Shown: in pieces, positions 29,731 to 38,781 of the stretch
Position numbering within the stretch: position 1 is the stretch's first letter
Layout: every line of letters begins with the position of its first letter
Assembly (NCBI GenBank): GCA_963702435.1
Contig: CAVPCR010000001.1
Coordinates: forward strand, 288,001-352,000
Direction of reading: 5' to 3'
DNA: 64,000 bases
Source: Candidatus Eiseniibacteriota bacterium
Lineage (GTDB): Bacteria > Eisenbacteria > RBG-16-71-46 > CAVPCR01
The notes under the pieces: model-generated
Seen by the model: the letters and a program-made list of their open reading frames with translations, nothing else
What the model was told of the DNA's origin: nothing
Database searches by the model: none
Position numbers and translations under genes: made by a program

Positions 29731-31281
29731 TCACTCCGCAGTCGGCTTCATCCGCTCGAGCCCGCGATACTGGAGCGCCTCGGCGAGATGATCCTCGCCG
29801 ATCTCACCGACGCCGGCGAGATCGGCGATCGTGCGGGCCACCTTGAGGGTCCGATCGAGCGAGCGCGCGGTGAGCGCGAGCTTCTCGGCGGCAAGCCGCA
29901 GGAGCGAAAGTGCCGGCCCGCGCACGACGCAGTGCGTGCGCACGAGCGCCGGACCGAGATCGGCGTTCGCGTACACACCCGTCGTGCCGGCGAAGCGCTC
30001 CGCGGCGCGGCGGCGGGCGGCCAAGACGCGGCTCCGCACCGCAGCGCTCGTCCACTCCCCTCCTGGCGCTGCGCCCGCGAGCAGATGATCGGGCTCGACG
30101 CGCCCCACGTCGATGTGCAGATCGATCCGATCAAGGAGCGGTCCGGAGAGGCGCCCGAGATAGCTCAGCACGGCCTGATCGCTGCAACGGCACGGGACGC
30201 GCGGGTCGCCTCGCCACCCGCACATGCAGGGATTGCTCGCCGCGACGAGCGTGAACCGCGCCGGGAAGGTGACCGCACCCGCGACGCGCACGATCGTGAC
30301 CTGGCCCTCCTCGAGAGGCTGGCGCAGCACCTCGAGCGCCGAGCGGCGGAACTCGGGGAGCTCATCCAGGAACAGCACGCCATGATGGGCGAGACTCACC
30401 TCGCCCGGCTTGAGCGGCTGCCCGCCGCCGACGAGTCCCGCGGTCGAAATCGTGTGATGCGGGGCGCGAAAGGGACGCTCGGCGAGGAGCCCCTCGCCGG
30501 CCGGGAGGAGGCCCGCGACCGACGCGATCTTGGTCGCCGCCACCGCCTCGGCGCGCGCGAGCGGCGGCAGGATGCCGGGGAGGCGCCGCGCGAGCATCGT
30601 CTTCCCGCCGCCGGGCGGGCCGATGAAGAGAAGATTGTGTCCGCCGGCGGCCGCGACCTCGAGCGCGCGCTTCGCGCGCTCCTGTCCCAGCACGTCGGCC
30701 AGGTCGAGGCGCGGGCCCGGGATCTCGGCCGGCGTGCCCGGTGCCGTCGCCGCCGGCTCGCCGGGGGTGCCGAGCTCGCCAAGAAGCCGCGCCGCCTCGT
30801 CGAGACGGCGCACGCCGTGCACGCGGAGATCCTCGACATGGGCGGCCTCACCGGCGTTGGAACTCGGCACGAGGAGCCGCCGCACGCCGGCCGTGCGCAC
30901 GGCCGTACCGAGACAGAGCGCACCGCGGATCGGCTTCACCGAGCCGTCGAGCGAGAGCTCCCCGGCCGCCGCGAAGTCCATGTCGGCGGGCTGGCGGAGC
31001 TGCCCGCTCGCGATGAGGATGCCGATCGCAATCGGCAGATCGAAGGCGGCGCCCTCCTTGCGCACGCCGGCCGGCGCGAGATTGATCGTCAGCCGGCGCG
31101 TCGGGTACGTGAAGCCGAGATTGCGGATCGCGGACGAGATGCGCTCGCGGCTCTCGCGCACGGCCGCGTCGGGGAGTCCGACGACCTGGTACTGCGGCAG
31201 CCCGTCGGCGGCGTCCACCTCGACCCGCACGAGGTGGCCGTCGACGCCGTGCAGCGCCGCGGACAGAACGGTGGCAAGCAG
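29731..31281 (-). CDS. comM: ComM/YifB Mg-chelatase-like AAA+ ATPase; probable CTG start
   Basis: VGLPDAAVRESRERI, INLAPA, FDLPIA, GPPGGGKT, RPFRAPHH, PGEVSLAHHGVLFLDELPEF, LSGPLLDRID. Confidence 0.92.
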   Translation of the reverse strand: MLATVLSAALHGVDGHLVRVEVDAADGLPQYQVVGLPDAAVRESRERISSAIRNLGFTYPTRRLTINLAPAGVRKEGAAFDLPIAIGILIASGQLRQPADMDFAAAGELSLDGSVKPIRGALCLGTAVRTAGVRRLLVPSSNAGEAAHVEDLRVHGVRRLDEAARLLGELGTPGEPAATAPGTPAEIPGPRLDLADVLGQERAKRALEVAAAGGHNLLFIGPPGGGKTMLARRLPGILPPLARAEAVAATKIASVAGLLPAGEGLLAERPFRAPHHTISTAGLVGGGQPLKPGEVSLAHHGVLFLDELPEFRRSALEVLRQPLEEGQVTIVRVAGAVTFPARFTLVAASNPCMCGWRGDPRVPCRCSDQAVLSYLGRLSGPLLDRIDLHIDVGRVEPDHLLAGAAPGGEWTSAAVRSRVLAARRRAAERFAGTTGVYANADLGPALVRTHCVVRGPALSLLRLAAEKLALTARSLDRTLKVARTIADLAGVGEIGEDHLAEALQYRGLERMKPTAE

Positions 31282-31320
31282 GAAGCACCTCCCCTGGCGG
31301 GATCGATCGCGCGGGGCGCG

Positions 31321-31398
31321 CCCGTGCTGCGGACGCCGGTGCTGTCCGCGCCCGTGCTGCGGAAGCCGGTGCTGTCCACGCCCGTGCTGCCGACGCCG
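31321..31398. repeat. 15/30-bp degenerate tandem repeat in the comM upstream region
   Basis: cccgtgctg/ccggtgctg units recurring every 15 bp, five times. Confidence 0.85.
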
Positions 31399-31529
31399 TG
31401 GTCACCACTGCCGACTTCGTCACCACGTCGTCGGCGCGGCGCAGCTCGAGCCGCACGCCGGCGGCCGCCGCGCGGCGCCCCGTCACCGGCGCATCGCACG
31501 AAGCGGGCCAGCAGGCACCACTTTTCCTC

Positions 31530-31559
31530 TTGTCAGACGCCACCGGCCCGTGCTATAAA
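31530..31559 (+). promoter_or_regulatory. sigma70-type promoter facing a non-coding region
   Basis: TTGTCA-18 nt-TATAAA in an AT-rich patch; no credible + strand CDS downstream. Confidence 0.7.
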
Positions 31560-31564
31560 TAGAG

Positions 31565-32170
31565 TCGCGAAGTTGGAAAAGGGGCACCCAGCCCCGTCCA
31601 CCGGACACGGAGGATCGCCTAGTCCCACCTTGCTAAAGCCGACCGCAGGTAGCGTGCTCAGAATCTCTGAAGCCACGAACCCAACTTGAGACGGCCTATT
31701 CCACTTCGTTAAGGACGGTCCGAAAAACCTAGCCTGATCTGCGCCGGGCTCGATGCGCGCCACGGCCCCGTGAATGACATGGTCAACGGGGCGAGGGGAG
31801 ATTTTCGTGCCCGACGGCCGGGAGATCGCTGTGCCTGCCGGGCGAAAACTCATCGCACCGGCGGCCGCCGGTGCCCCGTGCAGGTCAGATCGGCCCACGA
31901 CGAGAGACGAGGCTTGCGCAGGTATTGGCGGGAGGCCGCCACTTATGACGCGCGCGGGCGCGGCAGCGCAACCTCGAGGTCGGACCAACGGTGGTGTGGG
32001 CAGGGGATGCCAGCTGACTGAGTGTACTCAGTTGACCGCGATGGTGGGCGACGTGGTCGGTGTTCCCTGCCCCAGTTCTTCGCCGGTGACGCGGCGTTCC
32101 GAGCCCGCCGCCCATCGGCCTACGCACCTCGCCTCGAGGCGAGGTGTCCCTCCAAGGGGCCGTCACGCCC
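31565..32170 (+). ncRNA. Candidate large structured non-coding RNA (~600 nt), class not recognised
   Basis: Promoter immediately upstream; ten or more nested helices found by eye, with G-U pairs that work only on the + strand; no plausible ORF. Confidence 0.65.
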
Positions 32171-32178
32171 TCCCCGCT

Positions 32179-32345
32179 GGCGGCGACGGCCCCTTCTCCC
32201 CTTCTCGCGTCCCGCTCGTTTCCCGCGCGCGCACTCGCGGCCGACCGGTCCGGCGGCGACGGCCCCTTCTCCCCTTCTCGCGTCCCGCTCGTTTCCCGCG
32301 CGCGCACTCGCGGCTGACCGGTCCGGCGGCGAACGGCCGCTTCTC
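32179..32345. repeat. 73-bp tandem repeat, 2 copies plus a degenerate partial third
   Basis: ggcggcgacggccccttctccccttctcgcgtcccgc... at 32179 and 32252; partial copy at 32325. Confidence 0.9.
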
Positions 32346-32673
32346 CTCCTCCGTACGCCGCTTCCGCAGGCCGCGCGACCGCTCTCGGCAACCGCTCCTC
32401 GACCGCTCGCCTGAAACGCGCCCCGCAAGAACCCGTCCCCAAAAAGCGCAAGGGGCTCCGGCCTTTCAGCCGCTGGAGCCCCTGGAGCCCGGTAGCGCGA
32501 TGCGACGGAACTCCTGCCCGTCGCGCACCACGGGGCGCGGCGAACGGATCCCGAATGCACTCAGCCTAGCACAACTCGACGCGTCTTTCCACTTCTTTCG
32601 GCCCGCCCCGGCGCAACAGCGGCCCGCGCGCAAATCCCCCGCATCAGCCAGCCCCGGCAAAAGTGGAAGGAGC

Positions 32674-32688
32674 TGGAACTCCGCTTGC
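32674..32688 (+). promoter_or_regulatory. sigma54 (-24/-12) promoter candidate
   Basis: TGGAAC-TCCGC-TTGC with canonical GG-to-GC spacing. Confidence 0.5.
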
Positions 32689-32783
32689 GCGGAAGCTCCA
32701 GCTCCTCATCGCAACCCTTGAGGGGCGTGGGCTCTGCCGGTGCCCGGGGCGGCTCGCTGAGCGCCGCCTCGTCCGGCGCCGCT

Positions 32784-33230
32784 CTAGCGACCGCTCAGAT
32801 CACCCGGATCCTGGCTCGGCAGGCGCGGGCCGCCGCCCGGCTGCCCGTCGTGCATGATCTGAATGCGCTCAGACGACTCGCTCTCGTTCGCGCTCTGGTC
32901 GAGCGCGGTGATCTCGTAGCCGTACTGGTGATCGCGCTCGCACGTCTGCTGATAGATGGTGCTCGTCGGCGGCAGGACGGCCACGAGCTCGAGAGCGCCG
33001 CCGTCCACCGAGGAGTACACGTTGTAGCCGGCGAGGTCGGCCTCGCTGTTGGCGCTCCACCGGAGGTAGATGTCCGAGTAGTTCGCGGAGGCACGCAGCC
33101 CGGCCGGAGCCGCCGGGGCCGTGGTGTCGACGCTGGTCGCCCCGTTGTCACCGCACCCGGAGACCAGAGCGATCACGATGACTGCGAGCAGGATGCCCAG
33201 GAACCCACCGGACACTTTTCGAATCGACAT
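32784..33230 (-). CDS. Lipoprotein with fibronectin type III domain
   Basis: Lipobox VSG-C; DTTAPAAPAGL, LRWSANSEADLAGYNVY, YEITALDQSANES. Confidence 0.8.
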   Translation of the reverse strand: MSIRKVSGGFLGILLAVIVIALVSGCGDNGATSVDTTAPAAPAGLRASANYSDIYLRWSANSEADLAGYNVYSSVDGGALELVAVLPPTSTIYQQTCERDHQYGYEITALDQSANESESSERIQIMHDGQPGGGPRLPSQDPGDLSGR

Positions 33231-33337
33231 GGATCCAATCCCCTCTCTTGATCACGAAGTGCCGCACCGCTTGCCCATGCTGGCGCCGCGGCCTCGTCTC
33301 GGCCGCGGTTGACACATCAAACCGGGTGGGTGATTCG

Positions 33338-33352
33338 GCAAGCCCCATGCCA
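33338..33352 (-). promoter_or_regulatory. sigma54 promoter for the FN3 lipoprotein gene
   Basis: TGGCAT-GGGGC-TTGC on the minus strand, about 110 nt upstream of the ATG. Confidence 0.6.
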
Positions 33353-33599
33353 GCGCTGGAGAGAGGCGGGTGCATCGTGCACCGCGCGCTACAGAGCGAA
33401 CATACGCGGGGGATGTTCCGAAGCGGGATGCAACCGGTGGGCAGCGGATTGCACTGGGGACGGGACCCTGCAACGCCGCGTCGTGCAAACAAGCGGCCCC
33501 ACCGGGAGCCCTGGCATGACGACCGAAGGCCGGACGAGGGAAGCGATCTGGATCGATCCGGGACGGACCGGCGGAGCCCGGGGAGCTACCCGATCATCG

Positions 33600-33661
33600 C
33601 CGCCCGACACCGCGGCGCGGGAGCGCCTCGATTCCCCGCCCGACACCGCGGCGCGGGAGCG
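33600..33661. repeat. 26-bp direct repeat, 2 copies, 36-bp period
   Basis: ccgcccgacaccgcggcgcgggagcg at 33600 and 33636. Confidence 0.85.
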
Positions 33662-33671
33662 AGGGGGGGCC

Positions 33672-34514
33672 TCAGTCCTTGTTCCAGCGTTCGAGGCGGT
33701 CCTTGGCGCGGAGCGCCTCCTCGGAGAACGGGTACTCGTTGATCACGCGCTCGAGATAGGCGCGCCCGAGATCTTCCTTCCCCGCCTCGAAGTAGCTCAG
33801 GCCCGCCTTGAGGAGAGCGGCCGGCACGCGGTCGCTCCCCGGATAGCGGTCAACAAGCGCGCGATACTCGATCGCCGCCGTGGGGAAGTCGGACTGCGCG
33901 TAGTACGCCTCGGCGATCCCGTACTGGGCCGCGTCGCCGAGCGTGCCGTCGGGGAACTTGCTCATGTACTCGCGGAAGCCGTTGATCGCGAGCGGATAGC
34001 GGCCCTGTTGCAGGTTCTGGACCGCCGCGTTGTAAAGGCCTTGCTCCTCGAGCGCCGGAGCGCCGGCCGTGTCGCTGCGCGCGCTCCGCGCGGCCGCCGA
34101 GTCGCCGGCGGGACGAGCCGGCTTCGCGTCGGGGCGTTTTATCTGGCGGCTGGCGAAGTCGAGCTGCCCGCGCAGGAGCTCGAGCGAGCTCTTGAGCTCC
34201 GCGGTGTTCGAGGCCTGATCGGCGCGCATCTGGCGCAGGATCTCCTCCTGCGCCGCGACCTGCGCCTTGAGCCCCTCGATCTCGCGAGCCAGCGCCTCCT
34301 GGCGACGCTGCACGTCGGTGACCTGCGTCTGGGTTTCGGCCAGGCGGTCGGGCATGTTGAAGAACCCGCCGCATCCGCCGAGACCGACCGCCATCGCACA
34401 CACGGCAACGCCGAGCACGGCGCGCCGCCCAGCGTAAGCCCGGAGCTTCGCCAGGCTCCGGCACGCGGGCAGCACGTCCTGCCGCCCGCGCGCCGGTAAG
34501 CCGCGTTTCGCCAT
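33672..34514 (-). CDS. cpoB: Tol-Pal system protein CpoB/YbgF
   Basis: Lipobox LGG-C, coiled coil, TPRs (AQYGIAEAYY, YPGSDRVPAALLKAG); lies downstream of pal. Confidence 0.9.
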   Translation of the reverse strand: MAKRGLPARGRQDVLPACRSLAKLRAYAGRRAVLGVAVCAMAVGLGGCGGFFNMPDRLAETQTQVTDVQRRQEALAREIEGLKAQVAAQEEILRQMRADQASNTAELKSSLELLRGQLDFASRQIKRPDAKPARPAGDSAAARSARSDTAGAPALEEQGLYNAAVQNLQQGRYPLAINGFREYMSKFPDGTLGDAAQYGIAEAYYAQSDFPTAAIEYRALVDRYPGSDRVPAALLKAGLSYFEAGKEDLGRAYLERVINEYPFSEEALRAKDRLERWNKD

Positions 34515-34602
34515 GGTATCGCTTCCTTCGCGCCGAGCCGGCGGCCGCTCTCACCCAGGCGGACGCGCGATCAACGGGCCGCGACGGTCAGATCGTCTCT
34601 CG

Positions 34603-35106
34603 CTAGCGGGGCACGAACTCGGCACGCCGGTTCTTGGCCCAGGCCATCTCGTCGTGTCCGGCGTCGGCGGGCCGCTCTTCGCCGTAGCTCACGGTCGATA
34701 TCCGGCTCGCCGGAATCCCGTAGCTCACGAGATAGTCGTAGGCCGCCTTGGCGCGCTTCTCGCCGAGAGCGAGGTTGTACTCGGTCGTCCCGCGCTCGTC
34801 GGCATGCCCCTCGATCTTGATGTTGACGCTCGCGTTGTCCTGCAGGCTCTTCCCGTTGGCGCCGAGCGTCGCGCGGGCATCATCGCGCAGGTCGTAGCGG
34901 TCGAACTCGAAGAAGACGGGCGCCAGTCTGAGCGCCGGCTTCTCGTCCGGAGCGGGCGTCGTGTTCTCGACCGGCGGCGGAGGCGGAGGCGTCTCCTCCG
35001 CGACCGGAGGCTGGGCCGGCTCCTCGGGCGGCTTCTTGCCACCGCAGCCGCTCACCACCACGGCGAGACAAACCAAGCTGAGCAGGACGAGCTTCGACGA
35101 TCTCAT
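34603..35106 (-). CDS. pal: Peptidoglycan-associated lipoprotein
   Basis: Lipobox VSG-C; FFEFDRY, IEGHADERGTTEYNLALGEKRA, SYGEERP, KNRRAEF. Confidence 0.95.
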   Translation of the reverse strand: MRSSKLVLLSLVCLAVVVSGCGGKKPPEEPAQPPVAEETPPPPPPVENTTPAPDEKPALRLAPVFFEFDRYDLRDDARATLGANGKSLQDNASVNIKIEGHADERGTTEYNLALGEKRAKAAYDYLVSYGIPASRISTVSYGEERPADAGHDEMAWAKNRRAEFVPR

Positions 35107-35402
35107 TACCGCACTCCCTCCTGATGGAACCAGGTCTCGTTTCGGATGCCTCGCCGTAGACGGCGCCTTGCACCCGGCGATGCCCCGCAGCGAGCGATGC
35201 ACCGGCGATCCCTGCTCCGATCTCTTGGCCCCGGCACTGGAGCCGCCTTCCTGGCCGGCCAGACCCGGACCACCGGGCCGGCACTTCCCCCGCGTACCGC
35301 CCGGGCCGGCCGCAGCATCATGGAACTGGGGCACCCTGTCAAGCGGCGGCCGGAAGGGCCGCCGAAAAGCGGTGAGTTCACTCGCGTGGTCGCCCGGCGG
35401 CG

Positions 35403-36731
35403 CTACTTCGCCGGACGCGGCGACCACGTTGGATAGAAACACATCCTGTCCTTCGGCGTGAGCCGGCGCTGGTTCGAACCGTCGGCGAGCATCACGTACA
35501 CCGCGCGCTGCCCGCTCCGGGACGAGCTGAACACGATCTGCCGCCCGTCCGGCGACCAGCGCGGGTTCTCGCTCGATCCCGCGCCGTTGGTGAGCTGCTG
35601 GACGATCGCGCCGTCGAGCGTCGCGACGAAGATGTCGTAGTTGCCGCCCCCCGTGCGCGCCGCATAGGCGATGCGGTCCCCCCGCGGCGACCAGGCCGGC
35701 GAATCGACGAATGTCTGCGGCACCGGGAGCGGAGTGGCGTGCAAGCCCTCGGCGTCGGTGATGAAGATCCGCGGCGTCCCCAGCCGATCGGAGATGAACG
35801 CCACCTCGCGGCCGGTCGGCGAGAAGGAGGGCGAGGTGTCGATCCCCGGATGAAAGGTGAGCCGCTCTACGATCTCGCCGTTCCGGCGCAGAATGTAGAC
35901 ATCCGGGTTGCGGTCCTTGAAGCTCAGGGTCACGGCGATGAAGCGCCCGTCCGGCGACCAGGCGGGCGCGGTGTCGAGGCCCGGACGCTTGCTGATCGTG
36001 TACGCCTTGCCGTCGTCGGCGTTGACCGCGTAGAGATCGGCCTCTCCGCTCTTGAATGATGTGTAGGCGACGAGCGGATCGACGGGGGACCAGGCGGGCC
36101 CGAGATTGGAAGAGCCGTCGCTCGTGAGCTGCCGCGCGCCGAACCCGTCGTAGTCGAAGATCATCACCTCGCGCGCCTTGGAGGCCGAGCAGATGCAGGC
36201 GATGCGGGTGCGCGCGAGCCCCCGCTCGCCGGTCAGGTGGAGCACGATGTCGTCCGCGAAGGCGTGCATCGCCGGACGGATCTCGCCGGCCGCCGGGTAG
36301 TCGCGCTCGAAGATGAGCTTCTCGCCCGGGTGGCTCACCACTCGCCCGACGAATCGCGCCGAGCCGTCCGCCGACTCGAGGCGCCCGGAGACGATCGCGG
36401 TCAGGTCCGGGCCCTTCGAGCGCGCCACGTCCTCGCCGCCGGAGGCGAGATCGGCCGCCACCGGACCGTCGACGCGGAAGTAGCCGGAGAGGATCAGATC
36501 GTCCACGAGCACGGCCTCGCCGGCCTTGGCCGTGGATCCGAGCTTCTTGTCGCCGCCCGCCACGGCGATCGGATCGAGCCAGATCGGCTGGCGTGCGCCG
36601 CCCTTCTCGGCTCCGACCTCCCATTCGATGAGGGCCGAGGCAGGAAGCGCGGAGAGAAGCAACGCGAGGACCGCAGGCAGAAGGTTCCCGAGCGCGAAAG
36701 AGGGTCGCTGTTTCATGATCCTCGCCGTCAT
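35403..36731 (-). CDS. tolB: Tol-Pal beta-propeller protein TolB
   Basis: HAFADDIV...TRIA, repeated P(A/S/R)WSPDG blades; operon position. Confidence 0.92.
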   Translation of the reverse strand: MTARIMKQRPSFALGNLLPAVLALLLSALPASALIEWEVGAEKGGARQPIWLDPIAVAGGDKKLGSTAKAGEAVLVDDLILSGYFRVDGPVAADLASGGEDVARSKGPDLTAIVSGRLESADGSARFVGRVVSHPGEKLIFERDYPAAGEIRPAMHAFADDIVLHLTGERGLARTRIACICSASKAREVMIFDYDGFGARQLTSDGSSNLGPAWSPVDPLVAYTSFKSGEADLYAVNADDGKAYTISKRPGLDTAPAWSPDGRFIAVTLSFKDRNPDVYILRRNGEIVERLTFHPGIDTSPSFSPTGREVAFISDRLGTPRIFITDAEGLHATPLPVPQTFVDSPAWSPRGDRIAYAARTGGGNYDIFVATLDGAIVQQLTNGAGSSENPRWSPDGRQIVFSSSRSGQRAVYVMLADGSNQRRLTPKDRMCFYPTWSPRPAK

Positions 36732-37507
36732 CAGGGCCGGAACCGGAAACGGAAGTGGACGCCCACGGCGTCGTCGGGGAACTGCGCGGGGAGCGGCGGC
36801 AGGGGGCTCGCCTCGAGCACCGCGCGCAGCGCGGTCTGATCGTAGAAGGGAATGCCCGATGACTCCTCCACGCGCGCGCCGACGATGGTGCCGGAGCGGA
36901 TGATCCGGAAGTAGACGATGGCGACCGCCTCGCCCGAGATGAAGCCGGGGGACCAGTGCGTGGCGATCTTGTTCTGCATGGCGACCTGGTAGTAGCTGAA
37001 CTCGCCGAATCCCCCCCCGCCGCCGCCGCCGCCGCCACCACCGCCCTCGCCGCCGAGGCCCACCTCGATCCCGGAGGCGACCGCACCGCCTTGGCCGGCG
37101 CTGGTCTCGGTCGCGCCGGCGAGCGCTTCTTCCGCCGTGCTCTTCGCCGCCGGCCGCGCCGGCCGCTTCGGCGCCGGTTCCTTGACGGCGACCTGCGCCG
37201 TCGTATCGGCCTTCGCCTTCACCGGCTTCTTCTTCTCATCGGGGATCTTCACCCCCTCCTCGCTCGGCTTCGGCTTGGGCTTCGGCGGCTCGACCTCCTT
37301 CTCCTCCGCCGGCGGTGCCGGCGCGACCTTCGGCGCCGGGGGCGCCGGCGCGCGGCCGCGGAGCGCATCGGCGCCGATCAGGGTCACCGGCGTGAAATCG
37401 CCGGGGCCCAGGCCGCCGAGGCTCATGCGTTCGTAGCGGCCGCCGATGAGGAACACGGCGATGAAGGCCGCGTGCATGCTGAACGAGATCGCCGCCGGCA
37501 CTCTCAT
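36731..37507 (-). CDS. tolA: TolA/TonB-family energy transducer
   Basis: N-terminal TM with SxxxH, Pro/Lys-rich linker, C-terminal SSGIPFYDQTALRAV...PLPPLP. Confidence 0.8.
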   Translation of the reverse strand: MRVPAAISFSMHAAFIAVFLIGGRYERMSLGGLGPGDFTPVTLIGADALRGRAPAPPAPKVAPAPPAEEKEVEPPKPKPKPSEEGVKIPDEKKKPVKAKADTTAQVAVKEPAPKRPARPAAKSTAEEALAGATETSAGQGGAVASGIEVGLGGEGGGGGGGGGGGGFGEFSYYQVAMQNKIATHWSPGFISGEAVAIVYFRIIRSGTIVGARVEESSGIPFYDQTALRAVLEASPLPPLPAQFPDDAVGVHFRFRFRP

Positions 37508-37556
37508 CGCATCAGGACTCCCCCGCCGCAGGCTTCCTCACCGAACATCGCCCCCG

Positions 37557-38012
37557 CTACGAGCGGTCGCGCTCGCCGCCGCCAGCCGCCCGCTTCTTGA
37601 TCCACGCTTCCGATACCGGCTCGGTGACGAGCCCCAGGTTGGTGAACCCCGCCCCCTTGATCGCGCTGATGACGGCCACCACGAATCCGTAGTCGACGCT
37701 CTTGTCGGCCCTCAGGTACACAGGGGCCCCCGGCTCGATCTCGTAGCGCCGCGCGAGTTCCGGTCCCAGGGTCTCCATGTCGAGCCGCACGTCCTCGATG
37801 AACACCGCGCCCGCGTTGGTCACCGTGACCACCATGCCCTCGCGGGTGTCGCGGCCGGCCGTGCGCGTCTTCGGCAGGTCGACCTCGACCCCGCCCTGCA
37901 GGAAGGGCGCGGTGAGCATGAATATGATGAGGAGGACGAGGATGACGTCGACCAGGTTGACGATGTTGATCTCGGCCATCGCCTTCGGTCGCTCTCGCGT
38001 CATGCGGATCAC
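37557..38012 (-). CDS. tolR: TolR/ExbD
   Basis: EINIVNLVDVILVLLIIFMLTAP, LRADKSVDYG. Confidence 0.9.
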   Translation of the reverse strand: MIRMTRERPKAMAEINIVNLVDVILVLLIIFMLTAPFLQGGVEVDLPKTRTAGRDTREGMVVTVTNAGAVFIEDVRLDMETLGPELARRYEIEPGAPVYLRADKSVDYGFVVAVISAIKGAGFTNLGLVTEPVSEAWIKKRAAGGGERDRS

Positions 38013-38067
38013 CGGATTCTCCTCCCTCTAGCCGCGCTGCCTGCCGTCCTGATCGGAAACCTGCGCT

Positions 38068-38781
38068 CTAGCGCCATGCTTCGCGGGCGAACGCGCTCAG
38101 GAGCTCGCGCGAGAAGGCGCCGAGCTCCTCCTCGAGAACGCGTACGCGCCCGAGGTAGTGGTTGAAGGCGACTGCGGCCGGAATGGCCGCGGCGAGACCG
38201 CAGGCGGTGACGATGAGCGCCTCGGCGATCCCCGGCGCCACCGCCTGGATGTTGGCCGAGCCGCGCGCCCCGATCGCCATGAACGAGGTCATGATGCCCC
38301 ACACCGTGCCGAAGAGCCCGAGGAGCGGCCCGACCGCGGCGGTCGTCGCCAGGAACGGCAGCCGGCGCTCGGCGAGCGCCACTTCCTCCTCGATCGCGGT
38401 GACGAGCGCGCGCTCGACGTTCTCGAGAAGCGCGCGGCGCTTCGATTCGTCGGCCGCGGTCGCCGCCGGGGCGAGCGCGGGACCCGGGTTGGCGCGCCGC
38501 CCGAAGGAGAGCTCGTACTCCTCCATCGCCGATTCGGCGAGGCGGGAGAGCGGCCCATGGCCGAGCTTCTGGACGACCGACGTGAGGTTGACGAGCCCGC
38601 TCGCGGCGAAGAGCCCGCGGAAGCGCTGCATGTGCTCGCTGGCCAGGCGGAAGTAGCGCCACCGGTCGAAGATGATCGACCACGAGACGACTGAGAAGAG
38701 GAGCAGGACCACGAGCACGGCCTTGGCCAGCGGCCCGGCCTGGAGAACCAGCGAGGCGACCTGGGCGGTCCAATCGTTCAT
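38068..38781 (-). CDS. tolQ: TolQ/ExbB proton channel
   Basis: FLATTAAVGPLLGLFGTVWGIM, VAPGIAEALIVTACGLAAAIPA. Confidence 0.92.
   Translation of the reverse strand: MNDWTAQVASLVLQAGPLAKAVLVVLLLFSVVSWSIIFDRWRYFRLASEHMQRFRGLFAASGLVNLTSVVQKLGHGPLSRLAESAMEEYELSFGRRANPGPALAPAATAADESKRRALLENVERALVTAIEEEVALAERRLPFLATTAAVGPLLGLFGTVWGIMTSFMAIGARGSANIQAVAPGIAEALIVTACGLAAAIPAAVAFNHYLGRVRVLEEELGAFSRELLSAFAREAWR

Noticed and set aside
29460..29846. Selenoprotein read-through of two in-frame TGA codons
   Set aside because: No recognisable Sec-containing motif or SECIS-like hairpin, and the extended frame resembles no known protein.
31580..31660. c-di-GMP-I riboswitch (CTAAA...AGGTAGCG resemblance)
   Set aside because: The GGCAAAC, GAAA-tetraloop and GACGCAAAG elements are missing and there is no downstream gene to regulate.
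31565..32170. Identification of the structured region as RNase P RNA, tmRNA, or a group I/II intron
   Set aside because: No GAGGAAAGUCC/P4 signature, no tRNA-like ends with CCA, no domain V or P7 consensus recognised, and no interrupted host gene.
31533..32721. ORFs 31533-31988 -, 31774-32721 + and 31885-32451 -
   Set aside because: No RBS or domain motifs, and an Arg/Pro/Ala-rich composition typical of non-coding GC-rich frames.
33442..33457. + strand sigma54-like TGGGCA-N5-TTGC
   Set aside because: Weaker match, and it points into the 3' end of cpoB with nothing evident to transcribe.
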